Shown here piece after piece: positions 53,501 through 64,000 of a DNA stretch of 64,000 nucleotides. Origin of the DNA: Nitrospirales bacterium (GTDB lineage: Bacteria > Nitrospirota > Nitrospiria > Nitrospirales > UBA8639); the NCBI GenBank assembly GCA_965203295.1, contig CBDBCZ010000017.1, forward strand, positions 1,952,001 through 2,016,000, written 5' to 3'. How positions within the stretch are numbered: the stretch's first letter is position 1; every line of letters starts with the position of its first letter. The position numbers were made by a program, and so were the translations under genes. The notes beneath the pieces were generated by a model. It was not told the origin of the DNA. It searched no databases and saw only the letters and a list, made by a program, of their open reading frames with translations.

Positions 53501-56500
53501 ACCATTAACGGGAAGAACTCCGGGTAGTATCCACCTTCTGATTGAAGAGTACTTGATGCAAATCCTCTGGGAGTTGCTAGGCCTGAGCTATGAAGCTGAT
53601 CCAGACTTGGCAACGGTGGAGGAAGGGGAGGGGAGGACTCATCTGGATTGGGCTGCTCATCCTCCTGAGCGGGGCTGAGGCTAGAGTGCAGCTGAAAGAT
53701 GTCACTATCATCCAACAGTGGAGGCTGTGACGCTGGCTTCTTGATGAACTGCTTCAGTCTGTAAGGGTAGGGTCAGGATATTAGACTTAACAGGACTGTG
53801 GATATCGTACATTTGTATTATGGTAGTCAGGAGTATTTTTAATGTGTTACATGTGTACAAACATACCTGCAGGCGTTGAATGCCTTCTTGAGGATTCGAC
53901 CTGTTGCAGGATTCGCCAGTCAATACACACCTTTCCCAATGTGCTCTTCAATCCTGTAAGGTCCCAGCAAGTGCTGAGCCAGCTTGTCCCCTTTCCTGCC
54001 ATCTCTAGCACTGTTACGTAGCAGAACCAATGCTCCTGGTTCTAGCTCCTGTTAAAATGTCAAATTCAAACATGTATAATTGGAGTACAGTACATAGTTG
54101 TGAGGTAGTATATATATACAATATTCACTTTCGCCCAACCCAAATGCAAATGTATATGCTCATTTACATAGTGAACAGTCCGCTGCTTTGGTTTGTACCT
54201 TTCTCTTGCCATGTTTCCTGTCGTAATCACGCTTCTGTTTCATCTAAGCATCAACGACTTTGCTCTTGGCTTCTTGAATAACTCATCTCTGAAGTCATTC
54301 ATCTTCTGGGTGTAACATTGCAGGTTCGGATCTTCATCTACCTTCTCACTCTCACTGTCGTCACTCCGTTCACCCTCAGCCAGCTCCGTTTCAATTGGTA
54401 TAACAGCCTTTCTGTGAAAATAAAAAAGTAGAAGTCAATGCTACGTATCAACCTGTGGAATCGTACTGGTACTACTATACCATGCATGCAAGACAGGCTA
54501 GCCTGAAAGTTTGATCATGCGTGGAAAGGAAGTCTGAGAACAAAGCGGCACATTATATATTGAAATCAAGCAGAGCACTTACCGACAATACATCAGTTCA
54601 TATGGAGTCAGCTGAGTTGATTTCTGCTGTGATGTACGGTAGGCAAACAGAACTCCGTCCAGCTTCTCATCCCAGTCAGTCTGGTTGCTATTGACAAATC
54701 TGACCAGGGATCTCTGCAGGGTTTGGTTGAATCTCTCCACAAGGCCATTCGTCTGGGGGTGGTAGGCAGAAGAGATCCTGTGCTCTGTCTTGGTCATTGT
54801 GAACAAGAAGTGGCTCACTTGATTCACAAATTCCCTCCCTTGGTCTGATATCACCACTTTAGTGCAGCCATACCTGTATAAATCATTAGAGTTTAGAAGT
54901 GAATAATAAGCAACTGCAACAATAAAATGAATACACACATACCTGCACATCATCTTGTACAAGAAGAGAGCCACTGATTTTGCACTTTTGTCTTGAAGTG
55001 CCTCTGCTTCCGGCCACTTCGAAGAATAGTCGACCAATGAAGCGACGTACTTGTTGCCTCTCACTGTTTTGGCAGTGGACTAAAAAGGTTAATTCCAACC
55101 TGTATAATAAATAGGCATTATTAAAGTAGCTATATTTAGTTGACTACATAAATCATACAGCCTTACACACCTCCTTATACATGTACAATATAGAGATTAT
55201 GACACTTCTCATGCTTACACAATTAACCCGACAACTGTAGCACTCTTGGCAAAGGCGTACCTGATTCCATACTTTAGACTTGACGAGAATAGGGTGAAGT
55301 GGCGCAGTCGTCTTCTGGAATTTGACATCATTTAGTACGCTGGCAAGTCTCACATTGATGGACATCTGTCACAAGGTCTTCCAATAAAACTGTACCGCGA
55401 TTTTTCTGGCAAGTTTTGTCTCTCCCGAGATGTCCCCCTTGAAGAAAGCAAATACAGCACTCATTTAATTAAAACTTATCTTGTGTCACTAGTAGCTCCA
55501 TAGCGACACTACAAAAATATGTTGCTTAGTAAGTCTTGCCACATGCATAGCTAGCAGCACAAGGTCTGAAAGTTTAGCTTGCTTACCTTTCATCGAAAAA
55601 TGGCAGGTCCAAACAATTCTCTCCTGTTCTGCAACAGTACGCAGAACTTGTCTCCATTAACGCCTCTCACCATCAGCTCGTCTCTTCGTCAAGTAAAACA
55701 GTAACCCCCGCTTCTCACAAAAGTGATCTTGGCTCTTTCTTCTTAGGACTCGTTTTTGTTTTTTAGAAAACCGGTTGGATAGTGATGGAACATAAGGAAC
55801 TCATAGACGTTGTCGTAGTTTAGCTCCATGTTCTTTCACGACCAAAATATTACCACCACTACCAGGGTACTTGTACCTGACTCAGTGCAAAGGCATTTGG
55901 TGTTGCATTATACAGCTATAGGTCAGCACCAAACTGTGCTCAGCTTGATGTAATAAACCCGTGAACTTTCAGTAGCTTCTGTATCTTCCGCATTGAAACA
56001 AAACTACTACTTACATGTAGAAGCAAGCCAGCTGAGTGTGTACATGTACATCCTACTTCCCCATACAACCTCTGAGTCGGTAGTCAGTCATATTCACATG
56101 CGTGGACCAGCTTCATAAGTTGTCATGAAGCACCTAGCTAGCCCTTAGATGGGCCACACTGTATCAAGCTGCTATAACCATAGATAGTACTATCTGTGCT
56201 ATAACAATGTACATAAAATAACTACTTACACACGTAAAAGCAGCCAGCTGAATATTATATGACCATGTGACTTTAGATACCAGGCTCTCCGCTTCACTGT
56301 GTTCCACCATTTTGTTAATACGGCAATTGGTCACGCCTTTTTTAATACGGCAGTTGGTCACGCCTACAGCTTGAATACGGACATACGCGAGCGCTCAAGT
56401 ATGGTATACGAGTCTTACATGTATTCAACATGGAGCTTAGAAGAGATACTCAGATAGAGAGCATACTGGAGTATACGTAGAGAAACGCATGTTTCATTAC

Positions 56501-59500
56501 TGCGGCGATCAGCCACGCCTACAGTGCGGGGTATGTCTCTGCTAGAGACCTCTATTTAGAGAGGTGTCCTCATTTCAGGGGTAGTTTTTTATTAAGAAAG
56601 CATATTTTGGGACATAGCAGAGTGTCCTAAATACACTTATTTCTGGGGTCCTTTAAGATGGGTTTCACTGTACACTTTCATGAATATGAACTAGCCAATG
56701 AACTATAGTCAATTAAACATGTATGAGCATATACAGTACAGCGATGTATTCATACACTGTTATAAACTGCTAAGTGAGCAAGTGTATTTCATATCTACCA
56801 TGACGAACTCTTCAAGGAGAGAGAGGTGTCTGCTAATTAGTCATACACCCATGCTCTCTTCACCATTAAAGTCTTGGCAGTACCCTTGGTTCACTGTTTA
56901 ATTTCTTCTGTTTATAGTTCCACAAGCCCCTCAACGCTCACCTTTCTGAGCAGGTGCAGGAACTCCAACACAAGATCTTTTGCCTTGAACAAGAAAAGAC
57001 GACCTCGTCTGATTTGCAGTTGTCGTTGCAAGTGAGTTTGCCCTACACACAATGTACATCATTATATAGTCTTGAAACAATACAAACCACCACTTTATAG
57101 GACATCTCAATACGTAGCTTACCTCCTAAGTATTTGTAGATACAGGAGCTCATATGTAACTCACGAACTTAATATGCTTGTTGCCCAGTGTTGTTGCTAT
57201 GCTGACACTCCTACCCATCCCTTTGTTATTGAGCTACATATACCTGTACTATGCAATATTCTTCTGTATTCCACACCCTAGCCATGCATTTTCACACAGC
57301 TTCTGTGCAGTATTCTCATGTATAATATAGCGCGAATGTGTCCGCACACTGTGACGATAGGCCACTTCCAGCCATCACTTTTTTAGATGCATTCCTAGTG
57401 GTAAATGGCTTGCTTCCACGGAACACATAGCCACACGGGCAAGCTAGCTTCCTAACATGGATCCGGCTACCACAGTTAGGACACGCTCGAAAAAGACATT
57501 TTGGTACAAATACCTTGAATTTCAAATCCTGTCGTCAGCGAAAACAGCCCCAGAAATATCACGTGTAACGGAGAACATAATTAATTGTTATCTCGTCCCC
57601 AGACCATGCAGGGTGCGTGAACTCGTTCTCAGACTAGAATATGGCCGACTCGCGCTCGCCTTGGCAAACAAATTGCAGCATAACTCTTGAACGAAACGCT
57701 CTTTGCAAAATCGGCTCAATTTGGAACACTAGGCCTTGGTGTACACAAATTTCTGCACAATACTACAGAGTACTTCACAAGTTCACAGATGTAGTTTCAC
57801 TAGTCCAAGTACATGTAAAATGAGCACCTATTAACTGTAACTACAATATTTGCAAGGTTAATACACCTGTAGATGTCTTGATCCTGTTGGATTCACATAT
57901 TTATATCCAGCTGTGCATATAAATTATTATTTATACATATATGAGCTCTTTCCTACCTATATATGTGCATAGCTAAGTTACTTCAAGTTTTCTGTAGTGT
58001 GCTTTTGAGAGCCTTCTGCCTCCACTGTAAGGAAGGACAAAGCAGGGTTTAACTACCCTGTGGTAGCCTTGTTCTCTTTCTCCGCCTCTAGCACATGTAC
58101 CAAGAAACACTTGAGTTGCATACTTGTAACTTGTACATGTACGTACATGTAACCATCCTCTGATGTGTAAACCCAAAGATCTGAAGGTGTTAACGTTTCA
58201 TTCTATTCTCTTTTTTTAACTAGGCTGATTCTAGGGAAGCAATGCTATCACAGCTTGAGACTGAGAATTCTGCCATGAAGACTGAACTCAAGGAATTGCG
58301 ATCTAAAGTTTCAAGTTTGCTATCGAGTGAAGAGCAATTGATTGGAAAGCTGGCATCATCCAAGACAGCTTTAGAGAAGGTAGGCTCCACTTTGTAGCGC
58401 AAATATTTCTTCTATAATGTATAGGCAGATTGAAAGACAGCTTGCATACTGGTGGCCAGCCCATAGTTTCATATTATTCTCCCGCATACATGTATGCGGT
58501 AGGTTAAGCAATTGGTTCTGTCTGTCTGTCATTGAGGCCTGAGGGTAGAGTGCTTATCAATCAACAATGTCCCGACTGGGCATATTATATGTGATTTATT
58601 CGATTTTGCTAAGTGGTTGCAGTGTTCCTGCAGTTATAGCTACGTCAGTACAGTAGCCAATAGGGCTATGCGCAAAGTAAACAGTAGAGCTTTTATTAAA
58701 CAGAGGGTAACAACTGCGCTAGCTGCTGCAGGCACACTGCAACCACCTAGCAAAATCGAATAAATATGCCTAGTCGGGACATTGTTGATTGATAAGCACT
58801 CTACCCTCAGGCCTCATGCTTATTATCAACAACCCTCCTGGACGTGCTATTTCCTGAGATATGTATACGCAGTGTAAGCCTCGCACACGAGCATTCAGTA
58901 GGTGTGTATGGACAGTTCAATGTGTACCGCTAAAGTGCATTGCTGATACACCCTGGTGGTGCCTTTCAACTGGAGGCGCATTGTGGGACAAATATACATG
59001 TAGCTGTGCTTCTTAATTCCACCACTCTTGCTATTGTAGTGTGCTGTTGAAAGTCTTCTACCCCAACTGTTGGGAGGGACAAAGCAGGGTCTTAACTACA
59101 CTCTGCACAAGTACCAAAAATGCTGAGGGTGTTTGCAACTCTTACATTTTATTAACTCAATAGGCTGATTCAAATGAAGTGATGCTAGACGCGGAGAATC
59201 GTGCCATGAAAGCTGAACTCAAAGAATTGAGATCCAAAGTATCGAGTTTGCTGTCGAATGAAGAGCAATTGATGGGAAAGCTGGCTACATCCAAGACAGC
59301 TTTAGAGAAGGTAAGCACCATGCAATTCCTAGTAGAGGCTAAAGGTTAAAGGGCAATTTGCATAGTGGCAGCCAGTGAACAGTTCCATATCTTTGGATAT
59401 GTATACCAGGTCACAATACGGGAATGTTTAAAAGAATCTCGTAAACAGCACATATAAACTTTTTGGAATGTTTTGTGAATACGTGTATGATATTACTATC

Positions 59501-62500
59501 AGTTACATGTACGTACTTGTATGTACAGTACCTGTTGGGCTCGTTTTGTGAATAATTGCTTGCAAATTCTATAAATGCGCTGCACATTCTTATAAACTGC
59601 ATGGCACTATCTCCATCCTTCATTTTATGCCTATTTAGCCCCTAACTGTAATGCTAGCCCTAGCCCTATATTTGTATGAAATCATAAAATGTGTAGCGCA
59701 ATTTAGAAACTGCATACATGTACATTTACAAGATGTGCCCAGCATAGATACAGTGTCCATGTAATATAAGTGCACTTGTGTAGCCACTTTGCTTGGTTTG
59801 GAGATTAATGCTCATACATGGAAACTACATATACCTCAAATTACAACCACTTTGACAATGCCTAAGCATCTAACAACCCCCTCTGCTTAATAAGCCTCCA
59901 AAACAAACACGTTTAGGGTCTGTTGCTACTTATGCCATCTTCTTGCACCGCACTTACTCCATCACGCATATGTACCTACAACATGGCAGGTTGAATACAC
60001 CCTGATTTTCACAATGTGCACTATTGAAACACCATAGTTCACCCAACCACTCCCTGAAACTCTCCACTGCTTGTGCATGTGAACACATATATATGCACTA
60101 GCTAGCTATGATAATGGGCAGAGCCTACAAGACAGAAAGGTATTAGCAGAGAAATGAGTGAGTAGGGAAGTGGACAATTAGAGAGTGAATAAATTAACGC
60201 AAGATTGTGAGTATATAAAGCCATATGTAGTCACTTTTTGTTCATGCAATGTATTCACTATTAGTGAATACATTGCATGAACAAAAAGTGACTGCATAAC
60301 TACATTGTCGTGTGTGCGGTGTGTCCTCACTTTGCTGAGTAGTTAATTGGTGGATTAATTTCATGTGCATGTATGTATTCACATCTGTTACTTTTACATG
60401 TAGAATTCTCCATCATCATTCACACAGTTAGCGAATGAGCAGCAGCAGCTACTTCAAAAGTGTGACGACCTACAGTCCCAGTTGGCTGCAAGTAAATCTG
60501 GCCGTATAGTTGCGGTAAAGGCTGCAGAGGAAAGAGGAAAAGCACTGGCCACAGGGGCTTGGAACAGGCTGTCTGGACTGCAGGATTCTCTTGTTCAAGG
60601 TATCAATACATACAGCTGTAGGCATAGGTGGATTATGTACCATACGTATAACTGCATGTTTTTTTTTGCTAGAGAATTTTGGCGATTTTTCATATCAACT
60701 GTTTCCACAGAGATTTTCACTGCATCTCTGAACTACGTACATTTACGTATACGTACATGTATGTGCCCTAAAAGCCTTCAAATTTTCACCTAGCTACTGC
60801 TGTGTGTATTGACTTCATCTCTGATTAGTCTCGCGTACCAGCCTCACTGTGGGGGAGTCTGGGCAGTATTGGCACGTTTTCATTTTGGAATGGAATGCAT
60901 TGCATTCGTCAACCGTGCCCAAGTCATGACTGATGGCGTGTGATAAACTTTAGCTAGTAGTGTCCTAGCTGTGTTGTTACTTACAGTTGGATAAATTGAG
61001 CAATAGGAGGAGACTTCATATTTCATGATATAATTACTTGTCACGTGACTACTCTGTTTTGATTGGTTCTGCCAAGATTCGGGCAGACAGAACGGATACA
61101 TACATGGAGTAACTGCCCAGACTCACTCCTCTCCCAGAGCGAGGCTGGCACACACGACTAATCTCTGATATGCACTTCACTGCATCTTCTAGAGTCTAGT
61201 GTGTGTCCCCATGGCAATACGTCTAGAGTGTCCGTGTGTATCATTGTTATTATGTGTGGCCTTTTTGCGCTCCCTAACAGCCCGTTCTTGTGTGACTTCT
61301 ACAAGGATCACTCTCACAGAGCTTCGTGACCTTACCACAGTGTTTGGAAAAACAGTATATCAGGAGGTCACTTTGGTTTCTCACAAGGTATGTTGTAATG
61401 TCATAGAGCATATACTAATTACATGTATCTTTTGGCTCTACTGAGATTTTACAGTGGTGGTTATAGTGCCAAAGTACAATACATTATATACACATGTGTC
61501 ATACATACATGTAGATGTATGTAGGTATTACATTTAAATAGTCTCCCAATCCAAACGAGGTGTGCCAATAGAGTAGTTGATTAGACTATGACCCAAATCA
61601 CAGAGCACCATAACAGCATGATGTTTTGGTGCTGCTACATGCTATTAATAAGCCAGTTAGCTTGTACATGTACTTAAGGTTAGGCCCAACCGGAAGTTTA
61701 AATTTACAACCATGTACACACATGTACAGGCTTTCAAATTGAAGCTCATAGCTAGACAACACGGCAATGTAAGGCCACAAAACCTAAAGTGTAAATACTG
61801 GAGAAAGCTAAGGAACATAAATTTTGTCGATGTGTGCGTTCTTTGCACCGTACAAGTACAATATTCACTTACCAACTCGAAACACATTCGCGGTAAATCC
61901 ACGGCTGTATAAGTACATGTAGGTCTATAGGGTACATGTCCAATATAGAGTAATGGCCGTGATTCTGGATTCGTAAAGTTGGCTTTGTACGTTCTGGAGG
62001 TAGACAATAAAATTAAGTGTTTGTTCTCAATGTCTGGATGTGTATAGGCCCCTTGGAAGCTTCAGTGAAACTGCTAATCAGACCTACAAATAGCTCAAAG
62101 TGTCCTGAGATTTATCACAGCAGATTCACTCGCTGTACTTTGCGTAATACGACATCGTATACTTTTCTGTGACTACCGGATGATGTGGGCGGAATTAACA
62201 CTTCCGGTTGGGCCTAACCTTAAGCAGTTGGTTGGTGCTATACTGCATTCCAGCATGACTGACTTGCTGTATTTGAAGTCCCCAAACCACTTACCTCTGT
62301 GCCGTACATGGTTTGGCTCACACGACTATACCGTAGGACTGGCTTTACATGTAATTGCGTGGGAAAGTCATCACATTTTTGCGCTATGAATGCAAATGGT
62401 GTATTTTGTGTTTTATTGGGGTTGTCCGAACACACAGAAAGTTATAGTATCAACACCACCCCTGCATCTGAGGATGTACATAATATTACTAAATGCTCTG

Positions 62501-63226
62501 CTACCTCTAGATCTGCCAAAGAATCTTGCAAATCAGTGACATGAACAAGAGCCTTGTATCTAAATATCGCAGAGAAATGACGCTTCGGAAGAAGTTTCAT
62601 AATCAGCTTGTGGAACTTCGCGGCAACATAAGGGTCTTTTGTCGTGTCAGGCCACCCATTTCAGAAGATGGTAATCCCACCATTGTGGTGCACCTAGACA
62701 GAGATGATGATGGAGTTTTGCATGTGCACAGAGGCAACTCGAAAGTCTTTGAAGTGGACAAAGTGTTTGGCCCAGAGTCAATGCAAGAAGAGGTACTAGC
62801 TTGCATGCTATATATTACAGTTCTTGTCATTGTGTTTTAGTTCCACCACTTCCCTTATGAGTCAGATAGCTGATTGTATTTCATGTTATTGCAAACTCTC
62901 TCACAGATGTCACAATGCACATGTAAACTGTACTTACTTAGGTTATTGAATTTTTAGGACATGTATACGCTGTACATGTATATCATGAACATAACATTCA
63001 AATAATGTATTTAACTCCCATATAATATATGGGAGTTAAATACATTATTTGAATTATTTGAATTATAGACATATTCACTTTGGATCCTTTATTATCTACA
63101 TGTGAACTATATTCCCATCAGGTGTTTGAGGAGGTGAAGCCATTGATCACTTCTTGCATGGACGGGTTCAACGTTTGTATTTTTGCCTATGGACAAACTG
63201 GCTCAGGAAAAACATTCACAATGGAG
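41544..63226 (+). CDS. KIFC3: Kinesin-14 (C-terminal motor), KIFC3-like; 5' part, continues beyond the right edge
   Basis: Exons 41544-41622, 43670-43774, 46773-46861, 49551-49781, 50084-50248, 56918-57031, 58224-58379, 59164-59310, 60428-60599, 61281-61387, 62511-62792 ([31 protein letters not shown]), 63122-63226 ([25 protein letters not shown]-loop). All are GT-AG and in phase. The first two exons are less certain. Confidence 0.85.
41890..42035. repeat. Foldback element with internal inverted repeats
   Basis: gatagaccatgccacagcggaggatatg / catatcctctgctgtgacatggtctatc. Confidence 0.55.
42190..43068 (-). pseudogene. IS630/Tc1-mariner transposase relic
   Basis: Frameshifted fragments [32 protein letters not shown] (HTH), [18 protein letters not shown] and [21 protein letters not shown]. 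Confidence 0.85.
45679..46275. mobile_element. Tc1/mariner-pogo-type MITE (TA TSD)
   Basis: ta|ccgtatagctggaaaatttggcgag ... ctcgccaatttttccggctatacgg|ta. Confidence 0.78.
48078..48354. mobile_element. MITE with ~50-bp TIRs and perfect 9-bp TSD
   Basis: taccagaag|tagtcttgtacccagcccc...gggcacgagacta|taccagaag. Confidence 0.88.
51375..52414. repeat. Two oppositely oriented copies of the CA-rich repeat
   Basis: 51375-51700 plus and 51895-52414 minus, both homologous to 11850-12380. Confidence 0.7.
52655..56383 (-). mobile_element. Decayed Ginger1-type DNA transposon: spliced Gypsy-like integrase fused to a Ulp1/C48-like protease
   Basis: Exons 55587-55829, 55261-55437 ([14 protein letters not shown]), 54943-55099, 54583-54873 ([25 protein letters not shown]), 54199-54411, 53867-54048 (GPY), ~52690-53758 (RLKQF, Pro-rich linker, [28 protein letters not shown]). 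Candidate terminus TGTCCGTATT at 56383 with subterminal repeats. No RT, RNase H or LTR seen. Confidence 0.82.
58533..58816. repeat. Long foldback inverted repeat
   Basis: 45-bp perfect outer arms tgaggcctgagggtagagtgcttatcaatcaacaatgtcccgact and its reverse complement, extending imperfectly to ~100 bp. Confidence 0.9.
60229..60293. repeat. Perfect palindrome, 32-bp arms, 1-nt spacer
   Basis: agtcactttttgttcatgcaatgtattcacta-t-tagtgaatacattgcatgaacaaaaagtgact. Confidence 0.95.
60826..61160. mobile_element. MITE with 9-bp TSD
   Basis: atctctgat|tagtctcgcgtaccagcctc...gaggctggcacacacgacta|atctctgat. Confidence 0.8.
61678..62219. mobile_element. Kolobok-like non-autonomous element (TTAA TSD, GG termini)
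   Basis: ttaa|ggttaggcccaaccggaagt ... acttccggttgggcctaacc|ttaa; perfect 20-bp TIR. Confidence 0.78.
62997..63053. repeat. Perfect palindrome, 28-bp arms, 1-nt spacer
   Basis: ttcaaataatgtatttaactcccatata-a-tatatgggagttaaatacattatttgaa. Confidence 0.95.
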
Positions 63227-63453
63227 GTAAGTGGTATCCTTCAAATTCCTTGATTGAGTACTTGTACGTACATCCTAGATCTAACAGCCACAACTAGTAT
63301 TTTGTTACAACTACATGTGTAGTGCATTATGACTATATAAACATACCTTTGGGAGCTATTGTTCTTAGATTCGGTTCGTAAATCCCTGACAACTGGTCAT
63401 TAGCTATATTATACTGATCATGGAGTACTCCATGTGTAGGGATGGCTCCGAAA

Positions 63454-63900
63454 ACAAGTCTGACATTTCATGTCTAAAAAACCAGCCGGACGCCGTTCCC
63501 GTACAATACACACAACTCAGCTTAGGCCAAGCTACTAAACTACAGCTGTAGAGCCAGAGATACTATATTCCTAGAGCGGTACAGCGAAAGTGCTGACTCA
63601 GCAGTTTCGTCATGCGCCTCCAGTTAGTAGCTATATGCCAAGAAACCAAGATCTTCACGGCTACCTACCACGTTTTCGCCATCTAGGCAACACAAAACTA
63701 CCTTCATTTGCTGTAGCTTGGCCTGCAAACCTCCAAACGCTGCTGTACACTGCAGTTGCATAGTAACGTATGACGTAATATATTGCGCACGTGATAAGTG
63801 CAGACGCACAAACAGACAAACAAACAGACGCGGAAAACGTAAAGCAATCTTAGTACCAGCCGTCCCCGCGCTCCGGCTGGTAAAAATGGTGTCTCCATTA
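63454..63900 (+). repeat. Dispersed repeat homologous to 8172-8660
   Basis: Direct sequence similarity. Confidence 0.7.
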
Positions 63901-64000
63901 ACTGCGTATTAAATAACATGTTCAGATGTTCAGACCTCGGTTGTAGCTGTAGTCTAGGGCTAATACATGTATGAGCCCTACCTGTTATTCTCAAGTGTTT

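Noticed and set aside
54874..54942. Apparent 23-aa insertion in the integrase core ORF
   Set aside because: It is a 69-nt GT-AG intron that happens to lack an in-frame stop.

Overview
Eukaryotic, intron-rich, transposon-dense animal DNA; the repeat content resembles a demosponge or other non-bilaterian, but that is inference. I reconstructed five host genes by hand from GT-AG junctions with consistent phases: LTA4H (minus, 10 exons, runs off the left edge), CCDC77 (minus, 7 exons, complete), a YAF2/RYBP homologue (plus, 3 coding exons, complete), an intronless NAE1/APP-BP1 (minus, complete) and a KIFC3-like kinesin-14 (plus, 12 exons, runs off the right edge). Introns hold two decayed LINE copies, an IS630/Tc1 transposase relic, a decayed Ginger1-type element (spliced Gypsy-like integrase fused to a Ulp1-like protease), Helitron- and Helentron-like non-autonomous elements, several MITE families (9-bp, TA and TTAA target duplications), foldback palindromes and a tRNA-like Pol III unit. 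Highlights are the intron-containing integrase-protease element, a tandemly duplicated stalk exon in the kinesin with a foldback between the copies, the single-exon NAE1, and recurrent TA>TACATGTA insertions that look like DNA-transposon excision footprints. No CRISPR array or rRNA was seen. No database searches were run; family assignments rest on recalled motifs.
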